Shown in pieces: positions 63,967 to 64,000 of a DNA stretch of 64,000 nucleotides. The notes beneath the pieces were generated by a model that was given only the letters and a program-made list of their open reading frames with translations, made no database searches and was not told the origin of the DNA. Each line of letters starts with the position of its first letter. The stretch's first letter is position 1. The position numbers and the translations under genes were made by a program. The stretch is from the NCBI GenBank assembly GCA_965207885.1, contig OZ242311.1:544001-608000 (forward strand), read 5' to 3'. This DNA is from Candidatus Latescibacterota bacterium (lineage in GTDB: Bacteria > Latescibacterota > UBA2968).

Positions 63967-63992
63967 GAAGTGGGAAGTGGAAAGTGGGAAGG
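63960..63992 (+). repeat. GAAGTGR heptamer tandem array containing the stop codon
   Basis: GAAGTGA GAAGTGG GAAGTGG AAAGTGG GAAGG. Confidence 0.75.
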
Positions 63993-64000
63993 ACACCCGT

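Noticed and set aside
1-64000. tRNA, rRNA or known riboswitches
   Set aside because: No cloverleaf or conserved signature recognised by eye; a tRNAscan/Rfam scan would be needed to exclude them fully

Overview
Bacterial chromosomal window of moderate GC with about 55 CDS and no rRNA, tRNA or CRISPR array that I can support. Gene content (PorV-like barrel, GWxTD protein, T9SS-like C-terminal domain, DUF6785-type membrane protein, dockerin/EF-hand-like tail, LRR/TPR proteins, sulfatase, PL6, GH106-like protein) suggests an FCB-superphylum organism such as Latescibacterota/Gemmatimonadota, possibly host (e.g. sponge) associated; this is inference. Main blocks: (1) 0.35-14 kb, a 9-gene minus-strand uptake/catabolism locus (OM barrel, TonB-dependent receptor, CTD cargo protein, PorV-like barrel, GWxTD protein, DUF6785 membrane protein, DegT aminotransferase, cysteine hydrolase, deacetylase) with no SusD; (2) 14-16.4 kb, ahpD, three tandem paralogous small membrane proteins between direct repeats, and an aquaporin remnant; (3) an orphan McrB-like GTPase, a QueA-like/SDR pair and an intact IS5; (4) 32.2-39.45 kb, an accessory island of mostly orphan antitoxins, split into modules by a repeated TTGACA/palindrome element, with a tnpB-only IS200/IS605 element whose ends, TAM and guide can be reconstructed exactly; (5) metabolic and housekeeping genes including pepA, HtrA, dsbD, a propeller-SpoIIE sensor with an RGG insert and a FolC-ATP-grasp fusion. 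Six copies of a REP/RPE-like palindrome and several 7-9 bp tandem arrays occur at gene ends. Family assignments come from motif recognition by eye, not database searches.
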